Shown piece by piece: positions 38,432 to 50,225 of a stretch of DNA of 64,000 nucleotides. The stretch lies in assembly GCA_964106915.2 (NCBI GenBank), contig OZ066920.1. The stretch is one strand, 5' to 3'. Under the pieces are notes generated by a model. It was not told where the DNA came from and ran no database searches. It saw nothing but the letters and a program-made list of their open reading frames with translations. A program made the translations under genes and the position numbers. The DNA is from Podarcis gaigeae (taxonomy: Eukaryota). Within the stretch, counting starts at the first letter, position 1, and every line of letters starts with the position of its first letter.

Positions 38432-38703
38432 TTCAGAAAAAAGTCCCTTTCCAGAAGGAGTCTTTGTGATATCCCAGGGATAAGGAGGCTCCAGGACCTG
38501 GATGAATGCTGTTTTTTAAATCCCTCGGTATTTCCTTCCAAATGAGTTAAAGTAGCTTTTGAGCTTGCCTAGCTGCAGCAACAGAATGTTAGTCAGAGAG
38601 TTGAGGGGGTGGATGGGGGGGAGGGAAGCTGAATTACAGCCATAGCGACGGAGGAGGAAAGTCAAGGCAGAAAGAGCTGATCCCCCCTCCCCCCAAAATC
38701 TGG

Positions 38704-38730
38704 ATCAGCACCTGACTAGATGACAGCTCC
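38704..38730 (+). promoter_or_regulatory. Candidate gapped RE1/NRSE (REST site) upstream of gamma-C5
   Basis: ATCAGCACC-(8 nt)-TGACAGCTCC: left and right RE1 half-sites with a non-canonical spacer. Confidence 0.4.
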
Positions 38731-39959
38731 ATCCACTCTCCACCAGTGACAAGTCCACCTACACTCTTAAAGCTACTGCAGCACATGAAGTTGGGAGACC
38801 AGGACTGATCACCCCCATACCTCAACCCTAAATGTAACCAAGAGGCTGGTTTGCCACTGGTTTTGGCAGCTAAGTTTAGCAGCTCAGATTCTTGTTCTCA
38901 AGGAAACAGCACGTCCGGGAAGCATGAACGGTACAAATCCTCATTGTTCACATTAGCTAGATTCATCCCATCTCATCTGAACAAAAGACAAACTCTCAGC
39001 TGTAGGGGATACAGAATCATAGTCTCTCTGGCGAACAACTGGTCTGATTTTTCACTTGCAGTGAAAAAGGTATTTGTTACAGTCGAAAAGAGGAAAGATA
39101 GGGAGAAACTCTCACAGAAAGTGCTTTAGCATTTTGCAACGCAGCTTCAAGAAATGCATTTAAAACTCTTAGTCATTACCAAGGCAAAACAGACCCTTTC
39201 AGAATGTTCATTTTCAAATGCAGACATGGGAACCTCCACCACACAGTGAAGAATGCACAATCTTCAAAATTGCTTAAGGCCTCCCAGCTCTATTCATTGG
39301 CCTTTCCAAAATTAGAACACCACAATCAATGCAGCAGTATTTCTAAGTAGAACCATTGTAACCCAAAGACCATGGTGTGGCTTTGAATGTCAGGGACCCA
39401 CATACCAAGTAGTTTTTAAGCTGTGGTGTTAAAGCACTTTCCAATAATGTGACACCCAAGTACAGTTTCACAGAGCTGTGATGAGTGAGTGAGTGGACCA
39501 TTTTTCTTAAGATGGGGTGCCTCATTCTTGATGCACTCCTGACTTATGATCCTTAGCACTTTTTCTTTCCCCTTTTTCCACCAAGCTTTCAAAAACATCA
39601 GAAAAACAAATATTTGACAACCTCCCCTGGAAAATCATTTAACTGCTGGATTTATTTTTCGGTTAGAAACTTTTTGCTGCTTGTTAACCTAAATCTAAGT
39701 ACCAGTAGTTTAAAAGCATTACTTCTTGCCAAATATCCACAGGGTGAACAACTGCTAATCTTCCCAAGCTTCTTCTAAAATAGCCTATCTCCTTGAAGAA
39801 TCTTAAATCCAACAAAATGCTTTTTAATTTACAAACTGACCACCTTAACACAAAGGCTGCCTGACATTGCCACTGCATCTGTGACCTTATCTCTGGAGAT
39901 TGTTACAGAATCACAGGGTGCTACACGACATAGTTATAGAACAGTATTTCATGCCTCAC

Positions 39960-42410
39960 CTCGTTTGGCTCTTGGGAAAGGCTGCAGGCCAGAAGTGTGC
40001 CTGTGCTGTTGATATCCTGCTGAGTGACTGGTGTAGCTATCCTGAAATTCCTCCCTTCTGAAAAGTGGGTCTGGCCAGGCCTTAGGAGGGTAAAAGGAGA
40101 AACAACATCTCCCCCAATGAAGGCTGTAGGGAATTCCATTTTTTCCTCCTGGCTCAAGCGTACTGAGAACGTGTCAAAGTGTCCTCCCACAGGAATAGAG
40201 TTCCTACCCTTCAGGTCGCTGGTCCAACCCACATCTGAGTGTCTTCCTTTCAATCTTTTAAGACACTTCATAGCTAAAAACACAAAGGCTAGAGCAGAAA
40301 GTCCTGAGATTGTGATTAGAGCAATAATGAGTTGCAAGGTCAGGTGAGATAGCCCTTCTTGTTCCATGCGGGACTCTCTGAGGTCTGCTGTGCCCAGCTC
40401 ATGCTCATGCTCTAGATTAAGAATCAGAGTGGCTGTGGCAGACAGAGGTGGCTTCCCATTGTCCAAGATCTCAACAACCAACTCTTGGGAAGGGGCATCT
40501 TGTTCCAGAAGGGCTCGGACGGTTCGGATCTCTCCTGTGAACGCCGAGACTTGGAAAAGGCTTGGGTCTGTGGCTTGCTGCAACTTATAAGAAACCCATG
40601 CATTCTGCCCAGAGTCTGCATCCACAGCTGTGACTTTGGTTACCAGGTAACCTCCTTGTGCAGAAAAAGGGACTGGCTGCTGGGCTAGGACCCCCTTCTT
40701 GGTTACAGGGTATACAACGAGAGGAGCATTATCGTTCTGGTCTATGATGTAGATGGAGACAGTCACATTGGCACAGAGTGGAGGAGAACCATTATCCTTA
40801 GCTTGAATCTGGAACACCAGTTGCTGGGTTTGCTCATAGTCAAATGAGCAGCCACTGTAGATAGTACCGTTCTCCATAACATAGACATAGGAGGAAATGG
40901 GCATTCCATTTATGATATGCTCCACTAACGAATAAGAGAGGTGTGAGTTCTGCCCCAGATCAGGGTCAAAGGCAGATATAGAAATGATTGGCAGCCCCAG
41001 AGCATTGTTCTCAGTTACGAGGGTCTCATATGCAGGCTGTGAGAAGTGGGGTGGGTTATCGTTCAGGTCAGATATATTTACAAGGAAGTTTCTTTGACTG
41101 GAGAGAGGTGGAGAACCAGAATCTGTAGCTGTGATCATAACTTTGTACTGTGAGATTTCCTCCCGATCTAGGGGGCCACTGGTGATCAAAGAGTAGTGGT
41201 TCTTAAAGGAAGGTACAATCTGGAAGGGGACATCTGCAGGGAGATGAAGCTGTACTTCTCCATTTCCCCCAGAATCTGCATCGCTGACTCTGAGGAGCCC
41301 TGCTGTGGTACCTGGGGGAGCATCTTCTGGTATGGTGGTGGTGAGGGAAGTGAACCCAATGATAGGCTCATTGTCATTCACATCCACTACCTCCACTAAG
41401 ATGTTGCAGTGTGCATCCATGGAAGGTGACCCTTGGTCTTTGGCCCTCACATCAATTTCATACAATGTGTCATCTTCATAATCCACACTTCCCAGGACTC
41501 TTATCTCCCCAGTCTCCTCATTAAGGCTGAACATTTTCCGGATTTTCTGTGGAGTGTGGCTGCTGAAGGAGTAGGAAACTTTCCCATTTGCCCCCTCATC
41601 ATTGTCTGTAGCTTGTAAATGTATCACAAGGGCCCCCACTGGGGCATTTTCTAGTAGGCTAACTTTGTACACCGACTGGTTAAAGACAGGTGGATTATCA
41701 TTGGCATCTATGACTGACACGAGGATCTTTGCTGTCCCTGATTTGACGGGAACTCCTCCATCCAGGGCTGTAATCACCAGGGGGTAGCGCTGCTGCTGTT
41801 CTCTATCCAGCGCCTTCTCTAACACCAGCTCAGGTTTGCTGCCGCCTTTATGTGACTTAACACTGAGGCTGAATTGTCCACGTGGACTCAGCTGGTAGGT
41901 GCTGACTGAATTCATGCCAATGTCCAAATCTTCAGCACTTTCCAGGGGGAAGCGGGCCCCCGGCATTGCAGACTCTGCTATCTCCAAATGGGTGAGACTG
42001 GTAAGAAAAACTGGGTCGTTGTCATTCACATCCAAGAGCTCAACTTCCACACGATGGGAGGCTGTTGGGTTTGCAAGTAGGAGCTCCAGATAGAGCAGGC
42101 AGTGTAAGCTGGGCCCACAAAGCTGCTCTCGGTCCAGCCGTTCTTTCACGACCAAGACACCATTTGGCACCTTGGCTTCGAAGTACTTTTCAGCAGAGCC
42201 AGCCATGATCTGCAGCTGTCGGGAGACCACCCGGGCAGCATCTAGACCCAAGTCTTTAGCCACATCCCCAACAAAGGCCCCAGGAGCTAACTCCTCAGGA
42301 ATTGAATAACGGAGCTGGGTCATCTCTCCAGCACACTGGAGAGAGACAGAAACCAAAAGCAAAGCTCTTACTTGCCATGGCAGGAGTAGTCTTTCTTCCA
42401 GAGACAGCAT
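39960..42410 (-). CDS. PCDHGC4: Protocadherin gamma C-type variable exon, gamma-C4-like and divergent (817 codons)
   Basis: Intact signal peptide-6EC-TM ORF lying between C3 and C5. Shares C4-like strings FDYEQTQ, NAWVSY and DLRES...EG.S.LTL. ATG at 42410 (MLSLEERLLLPWQV). Phase-0 donor GAG|gtgagg at 39960. Protocadherin identity is certain; C4 orthology is only moderately supported. Confidence 0.7.
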
Positions 42411-43079
42411 AATGTCGCCAAAATTTCCTCTTCCTTTGCTGGACCTCTGTCCTCTCTGATTCCAGCACAGCCAAGGAAACAACACAGAATCCCGGGTTAG
42501 ATCGTGCAAGGGATGAGAAAGCGGCGCACCATCTGCATCTTTTCTCTGTTTTTCTTCCACAGAAAACAGCGGCGGTGCCTAGTCCGTATCGGAATCAAGA
42601 GGGGAGGAGCTTTGTTGTCCATCAAAGCAGATACAGGGCTCCTGGAATCAAGGAAGTGCCTGGCTGTTTGCAATGGACCACCCATTCTCCCCCTCCCCAG
42701 CTCCAGCAATGGTGTGGGGGAGGTCTTAAAGCGCCAGTGCAAATGTTGAAGAAGAGCTGGGAGCCCATTCGCCAGCTGTCAGTGACTGGATTTCCCAAGA
42801 TAATTATATGAACAATAAATCCTATGTCATTACAAGCTTTTGAATTCATTAATGAATGTCACAAGCATTTAAATTCAATAATGAACACTCTTTGTTTGGA
42901 ATGGTTGGGGTTATAAGCTAAACCAGCAAACTGCATATTTTGCAGATTTTTTAAAAAACAGAATGCAACAAACACCAGTGGCTGCACAATTAAGTGATAT
43001 ACTGCCATTTGCTGGATATAAGATCACGTTAAAAGACCCATTGATTGTCTGCCTGAATTTCCTTTAAATGAATGGCATT

Positions 43080-44150
43080 CAATAACCGATCCAGGAGAGC
43101 TCTTCAAAGCTCATTCCCACTATGGCCTTTGTTCTCCAAATGGAGTATACTAAGAGTCTCTCTATATTTCCTTTCCTAAATTTCAGGAGTTTTGCAGCCA
43201 GTGCACAAAACAGAATAAACCATGACATCACAAAGGAAATTTTTAAGCCTCTGGAGTCAAAGGTTAGGAGGAGCAAGGTTAAAAAGAGTTTTATGAGCAA
43301 GAACCTGGTCCCTGAGGTTCCCAACATACAGCTTCCATAGTGGAGACAACTAAGATAATAGTTAGGGAAGGGGTCAGGCCAAGGAGATTCATGGACTTCC
43401 TGGAAAAGATGAAAGAAATCTATGAATAGAAGTATTTTCTCTCCCCTAAAGGCAGACAATGCCTTCTGAATGTTGTCATGGTGGACTTCAGTGAAGAGGT
43501 AGATGAGGCACACTGCTGTTGAAAAAGTGGTGTCCTCTGTCTTATGTGCTTGCATTAGAAGCACCTGGATTTGCTCCTTGTGGCATCATGTGTGGATGAG
43601 AAGCTGGGCACCTCCCGTGTGTGAGATTTCACAGTAGGAATGAAACAGACAGAATGTATTTACGGTGATGGTTCTTCTCCAGGAGTACTGTGCAGATAAT
43701 ATAGGGCAATGATCACAGTTGTTGTTCATATTGCATTTGTTATTCTGTTAGCTAGATTGGTCTTCACTGTCCAGAGGAGTATTTGTGACTAAAACCTGGT
43801 TTTGAAACATGGCCCATGGCTTTAAACGCAAGCATCTGGGAATACTGGCAATCACTGCTGCTCCACTGCCTCTGGAGTGAGCTGCTTGCTATGTGCAGAG
43901 ACATGCTCTCTGGCATAGACAAAGTTTGTTTTGACCAAGGTACAATCTTTTGGGTATTTGGGGACATAAAATATGTGCACCACCATATGTTCCATGGCAA
44001 AGACCTTCACCTCATTTTAACATTAAGCTTATAGCTTCTATTTTATAGGCAAGCCTCTTTTTCACCATAGCTGTGACTTCCCAATAGTTACATAATGCCC
44101 CAGCTGGAGTATAGTTGTATCAGGTGGAGTCCCCCTATATATGGAATTGC
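43080..44150 (-). mobile_element. Highly decayed retroelement coding relic, possibly DIRS (RNase H / tyrosine recombinase)
   Basis: Only weak peptide echoes (SLHIASS; RFLLIKLFLTLLLLTFDSR) in broken frames. Confidence 0.25.
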
Positions 44151-46632
44151 CATACTAAGTAAGGTTTCAGGACCAAGCAATGCTCAACTTCCTTAATTCC
44201 CGGTCAGTGTTTTTCAAAGAAGCAAGTTCAGATCTCTTCACATCAACAGACAAGAAAGTCTTAACAAGTAAGTGATGATGGAACTGCTGCTTGTTCTACT
44301 AACCAAGGAATGTTAATTTCTCTGATTCTAAATATCTCTCTGTGTCACAGGCCCTGGAGAGGGTAGGAATCGTCAACACCTGCATTTCCAACTTCTGCCT
44401 GATACATTTCCATGGATCTTACATCCATTTTGACTCCATGAAGGAGCTTGACTCACATGTACACAGGGACTCACACTTTACAGATTCCTTTCAAAGCAGT
44501 AAAAATCTATTTCCACAGTTATCACCTCACTAATCAACTATTATATAGCAGTTGTTTGGGGATGCAATTTCCCGTTCTTTGCTATGATTTCTATGTAACC
44601 TAAACTCACCCTTCTAGTCCACTTGGACTAGTGATGGTCAGGGATTGGCACAGTGCCTGGGCAGAGAGCGCAGAACAATTAGCAGCATCCACAAAACTCC
44701 TGCAGGGTGGAAGCACCTTGAGATTCTGGACTCAGGCTACATCAAGAGCAATTTTCTTCAGCTCAAGAGTTTGTATTTGTATATTACAACACCAAAAATC
44801 ACAATATCAAATACATTCCTTGACTTACTGATTCTGCCTTTTCTAGGCATACTATTCTTAGGATACTATTCTTTATAATGAATGTTCTTATCTTGATAAT
44901 ACCAATGTCTTTATACACTCTTGTTTATCTTAAATTCACCTGCACATAACATTCAACTTTGCAATCCTATTTATTTTCAGAATCCATTTAGTCACAAATA
45001 GCATGCATACTGTACAGATATTTCTAACTAGTTATATACAGTCTTGGTTCACAGAGCTACGAACGCTGCATACCAAGCTAAGTGGCTTTGAAAGATGCAA
45101 AGCCACTTGGTTTGGTTTAACTAACACACGTGAACTTAACACACATAACTACATGACACTGTGCTAAACCTCACAGGAAACAGTATTTGATGAGAAGCAT
45201 TCAAATCAGTTCCTAATGCACACTTGTGCCATTTAACTTAATGGAATGGAAAAGAAATTCTGTATTCTAAACCCTTGTCTTTAATGAAATCACAATAAAT
45301 ATTTGGTGCACAGGAAAACATTTCAACAATGGAAATGGAGACCTTGTAATTAGGATTTGAGAGGAGTGGGGAGACTGATATCTCACTTCAAAATCTGAAA
45401 TGTGATTGAGTTTGATTGCTTTAGACTTTTTGGACAGTCAATGACTATTTTCTAGGTTCAAGATTGTAGACAAGCAAGCAAGAGGGAAATTTTAAATGTT
45501 GGGGGTCAACATACAGTAAGTTTCATTACATTCTCCCATCCCCCTACACTAAACTCATTTGTGAAAGGTACCATAAGATCTTGAGTTGGGTCTCTGGGCA
45601 GGGATTGTGTATGTTTATTGCTGTCAAATCTCATCCAGTGGCAGATGGCTAGACAGCATGATGTTAGCCAGCTCTTTCCGCTCTTTGTCTTCCATTATCT
45701 TTACAGAAAAATAAATATGGTTACTTTCTTGCATTGCTCTAGATTAGATGATAAGGTTTCTGATCTTGGATTCTCCTGTGTTGCTTTGGCCGCATATATG
45801 CTCATCTTAATTTTCAACGTGAGATTTCTTCTTTCCAATCTCAATGTCCTATAATTCAGGGATACTTGTTACAAACTAGAAGACCAGTGTGTTTGGCAGT
45901 AAACCCCACAGCATATGAAGCTGTCGCTTGCATTTATTTCAGTGCACAAAGCGCAGCAGGTTCTGGACCCTTGCAACATATTTTCAAGCACATATGATTT
46001 TAATAAGTACAGCCTCCTCAGCTGAAAATGTAATGAGCACACTAAATGTTGACGTTGTTTCAGTAATACGTGAAGGAGCCCTGATTATATTTAGTGAGAG
46101 TCTGCCCTGGTTTTGCATATTTTAGAGCCAGATGGCCTACTAATGAAAAGCCTCTGTGCATCATTCTAACTTTTGTTAAGAAACACTAAAGAAACTAATG
46201 GTTCTGCCTGTACAGATTAAGTGTGGGATCTGGTGCAGCTTTAAGAGTACACCAGCTTAGGGTCATCATATTGTGCTGGAATTGCTAATGCCTATTGACA
46301 GGACACACACGGACACACAAACACACCTCTCTTCCGCTGTCTCTTTTGCCCGCCCTATTTTTCTGATCATAGTCATTTTCTTAACAATCTCCCAGACTAT
46401 GTAATTTTGGGTAGAAAAACGTAGCTAAAACAATTTCCAAGGATCTCAGGGTTCACATGTCAACCATTTCAAGCAAAGCAACATGTATGACAGTTAGGAA
46501 AGCTAATTATGAATTGATAACAGCAATGCAACCCTTTTGGCATCAGAATAGTAATAATAAACAATAATAATTTAAATCTCAACAACAAATTAAAAGTGCA
46601 GATGAAATCACTAATCAGTTATCGATGAATTA

Positions 46633-46681
46633 ACATCATCATCACCATCATCATCATCATCATCATCACCACCATCATCAT
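46633..46681. repeat. (CAT/CAC)n trinucleotide repeat
   Basis: Directly visible. Confidence 0.9.
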
Positions 46682-49666
46682 TACATTTATAAGGCTGCCC
46701 TATAGCAGTTTTCTGGGTGGCTCACAAACCAAACCAAGCAATAAAATACAGCATATTAAAAACCTATGATGAATTAATTAAAAGTTGGCGCAAAATTTAA
46801 ATCTCAAGGTATAAAATAAAAGCAAGCTACATACAAAATATCAATTACTGTTGAGAATGTGTATATATATTCCCACACAACCGAAAGGTTAGGTACCACA
46901 TTGCTCTAAAACATGTTCGGATATCAGATGCCAAATACTAAATGCCAAATTAACCAGGTACAAAGTCTCAAAACCAGTTCACTGAAATGATGGCTCTGAA
47001 AGCTATTCACAAACTATCAGGGGTGAAATTGGCCTGGAGCCAGACTCTTTCTGGCAACCTCTGCTTCACCCTTGCAATCTCTGGGCTTCCTGGTCCTTCT
47101 TCCAGCACCCTCTCCACATAAAGCTGCAGTTTATCACTGTACCCTAAAACAACTTCCTGCCTTTAGCATCTAATTGTGTAGCAGAATGCACCCTGAGCAT
47201 GTATCTACACTGCAGATTCAAACTGGTGCAGCAATCATTCCCAAGGAATTATAGGAATTGTGCTTCTGGCTCAGTTCTCAATGAGGTTGTACACCTGAGT
47301 CTGGGCTGTACCACTTCAGACTGCAGGTGGGGACTCAAGATGACTGTATGCTCCTCCATGCCAGCCACCCCACGGTTAGGATTCTTCTTCCTGACATCTA
47401 GCTTTGAAAGAGCTCTGAATTCTTTGTACGCAGGAACATTCAAAGATGTGGGTTTCATCTGCAATCTGAAATGGTACAGCCTAGAAACAGGTTAACCATC
47501 TTGGTGAGAACTGGGCCTCTGTGAGGAAATCTTACAAATAAGACACACAACGTGCTCTCTTCAGAGTGAAAATGTTCATGAATATTTCAAAGGAAACTAG
47601 CATGTACATACAATCCCAGCAATTAACATATTCACTGCCAGCCTTCTGCTGTTACACAATAACAAGATAAAATGAGTGTCACACGAGTGCTACCTAATGT
47701 TATCAGTGATCAGAATATGAGAGGAGCCTGGGAAGGAAGGGAATTTGATGCCTCCTGGGCAGTTTGCCTATGCCTGGTATTTTAGGGGGGGAGACTGTTG
47801 GACAGAATGGGGATGGGGTGCAAGACAACAACATTTAAGTCAGGCTGAAAGTAGCCTGCCACTTGTGATTCCCAAAAGAAAGCTGAAGCCTGAAACTTTA
47901 GGTAAAACCTTGAGACTCAGAAACCCTAAAGCACAATAGCTTTGTGCAGCTGGTGGAAGAGTCAGGAAAAAGCTTACCTATGTAGGTGTTGACCAGTGTG
48001 CTTTGTAGGCACTGTGAGAAAGAACCTGGCTATTGTTGTTGTTATTTCTGCTCCTCCTCCTCTCTACACAGTAGCTTTTCTGGATTGCAGGCAAAATCTC
48101 TAGTTAATGTTCACTTTCATACAATAACATATTGCATTATCTTTTCACTTATTGACTATAGATATGAACTCTATTTTGTGGCTGCCTATGTTTTCCTGGA
48201 CATTCAACAGGGAACACATTATCTTAGTATCGTAGCATCTCTGCTATCTCCCACCTGATCAGGGAAAACATGGAGGGGGGAGCTGAGCCCCTCCAATTAA
48301 GCAGGGGGCTGGGCCCCCTCAATATTCTGCGGCCTGCAAGCTATCTGAAGGCAATCCTGTATAGGGAAGGGAGGTTTTTGTGTTTTTATATATGTTGGAA
48401 GCTGCCCAGAGTGGCTGGGGCAACATTTTGCACTTGCTATAGGGTGGGGTATTCTTTACCCAGACTTACTGTGTAATAATATTTACAGAAAATAACTTAT
48501 AGTGAGTACCTGATCTTAGACCAACTCACCACAGGAAAGATGCATCCTGTTTTGTAGAAAGAACAGATTGGCTAAATAACAGAAATTCCAAGGACTAGAA
48601 AATGAAACAAGCAGGGCAGAAAAGTGCACTGGATGGAAGAGGGAAATGGCAGCTCTTTAAGACACCAGTTATTCTATAGCCTGGTGTCCAAACAACTTAC
48701 TCATCAATCACAGCTCTGACGTCACTCATTTGCTAAAAACACTGAAAGGGGGGGATAGCTGGGCTGGCTCACTCACTCACTTAGAAGGGTACTCACACAT
48801 TTTGCTTGATAACTTCATTTCTAGAAGGGCTAGGCTCTTACATTTTTTAAATGAAAACTCAAAGTCTGGGTCCTCTGACAAGCATAGGCCCCAGAGCAAT
48901 ATCCGCAACCCCCTCAATTTCTTAAAATAACAAGCACAGGGCCCTTCATTGGGAACAGAAGCACCAAACCAAGTGGCAACAGCTGCCACCTTCTCCAACA
49001 GTCCCAGGGCCTCTGGGCCTCACTTCAACATAGTGGTGCTATATTGGGGCCCAGAAGCACTGAGGGGAAATGAAAACGTCATTTCTCAGCATCAGGGCAA
49101 GGGAGCACCATCTCTCCTCACCACCCCCATGCTGCTGCCCATCCTTGCCTCCACCTGCTACGGCCTCCAGGTAAACTAATTTGGGGGTGCACACCTGGTG
49201 GCTGGTCCTGTGTGTAGGCCTCCTTCTGAAAGGCATCCATGCTCAGGCTCTTTCTCAGAAGTCTCTTTTGTATAGAAGAGCATCTTCCCTGGAAGGCTGC
49301 TGCCATTGCTCCATAGAAAGTGCCATTTCCCCCTACCAAATTAGTCTGAATGAAAAGCCATCAGAGCCCTGTTCTAATGTCTCTTCTTCTGCTACTCCTA
49401 CTCCTACTCCTACCCCTACTCATGTTTGGCTACATAGAGAATAGGTTCAATTCCACCATATACATAAGGAAAAGGAATAAGTCTTACATTTCCACCCCAT
49501 CATAGATGAATATCAAACAGACATACATCAGAGGCTAGGCCCCCAAGGAAATGTTGAAGGTGATCTCCCTTTAGCGTCTTGAAGAAGCACCCAAGCAAAA
49601 AGGCCTCCCAGTACATATCCAACCCATTATTCACACAGCATTACTGTTTCCTTGCATATGATTTTT

Positions 49667-49867
49667 CAAAACAAAATAAAAAAATTCCTTCCAGTAGCAC
49701 CTTAAAGACCAACTAAGTTAGTTCTTGGTATGAGCTTTCGTGTGCATGCACATGAAAGATCATACCAAGAACTAACTTAGTTGGTCTTTAAGGTGCTACT
49801 GGAAGGAATTTTTTTATTTTGTTTTGACTATGGCAGACCAACACGGCTACCTATCTGTAACTGGAAG
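49667..49867. mobile_element. Penelope-like element remnant forming a 160-bp palindrome
   Basis: 49667-49826 is self-complementary about 49746/49747 with 2 mismatches. ccagtagcaccttaaagaccaac and ggcagaccaacacggctacc resemble reptile Penelope terminal repeats. Flanked by direct repeat TATGATTTTTC (49657-49667 / 49868-49878). Confidence 0.75.
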
Positions 49868-50225
49868 TATGATTTTTCGTAAAACATAAACTTACTGGGA
49901 GCTATCATTCTTCAGAGGCAATGACTATGCAGCCCAACAGCTGACCACATTGATCTGACCCAGAGCAGAAAGAACAAACCCCCCAACTCCATGTAATGCA
50001 GGAAGGAAACAACACATGCACAGAAGTTAAACAGGCGGGGCTCTTAATCATGCGATTAAATGACACAGCACTAGATGGAGACAGAAAACAGGAAAAAGAA
50101 TGTCTTCTACAGGAACTACCCTATTTCCGGGTAGAAAGACATTGAGTGGTCTGCCTTTAAGTCAATTTAAGCTCAGAGCTGGGATTTCCCAACTTTGCTG
50201 GAGAAGGACAACAAGCATACATTAC

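Noticed and set aside
42411-42560. 50-codon N-terminal extension of the C4-like ORF, and similar TTG/GTG starts at 52685, 34861 and 31552
   Set aside because: The ORF track uses non-ATG starts; the first ATGs give normal signal peptides and uniform 812-817-codon exons.
42722-42745. GGCGCT box upstream of the C4-like exon as a CSE
   Set aside because: Lacks the flanking GTTGACC tail and TGCAG module; too short to call.
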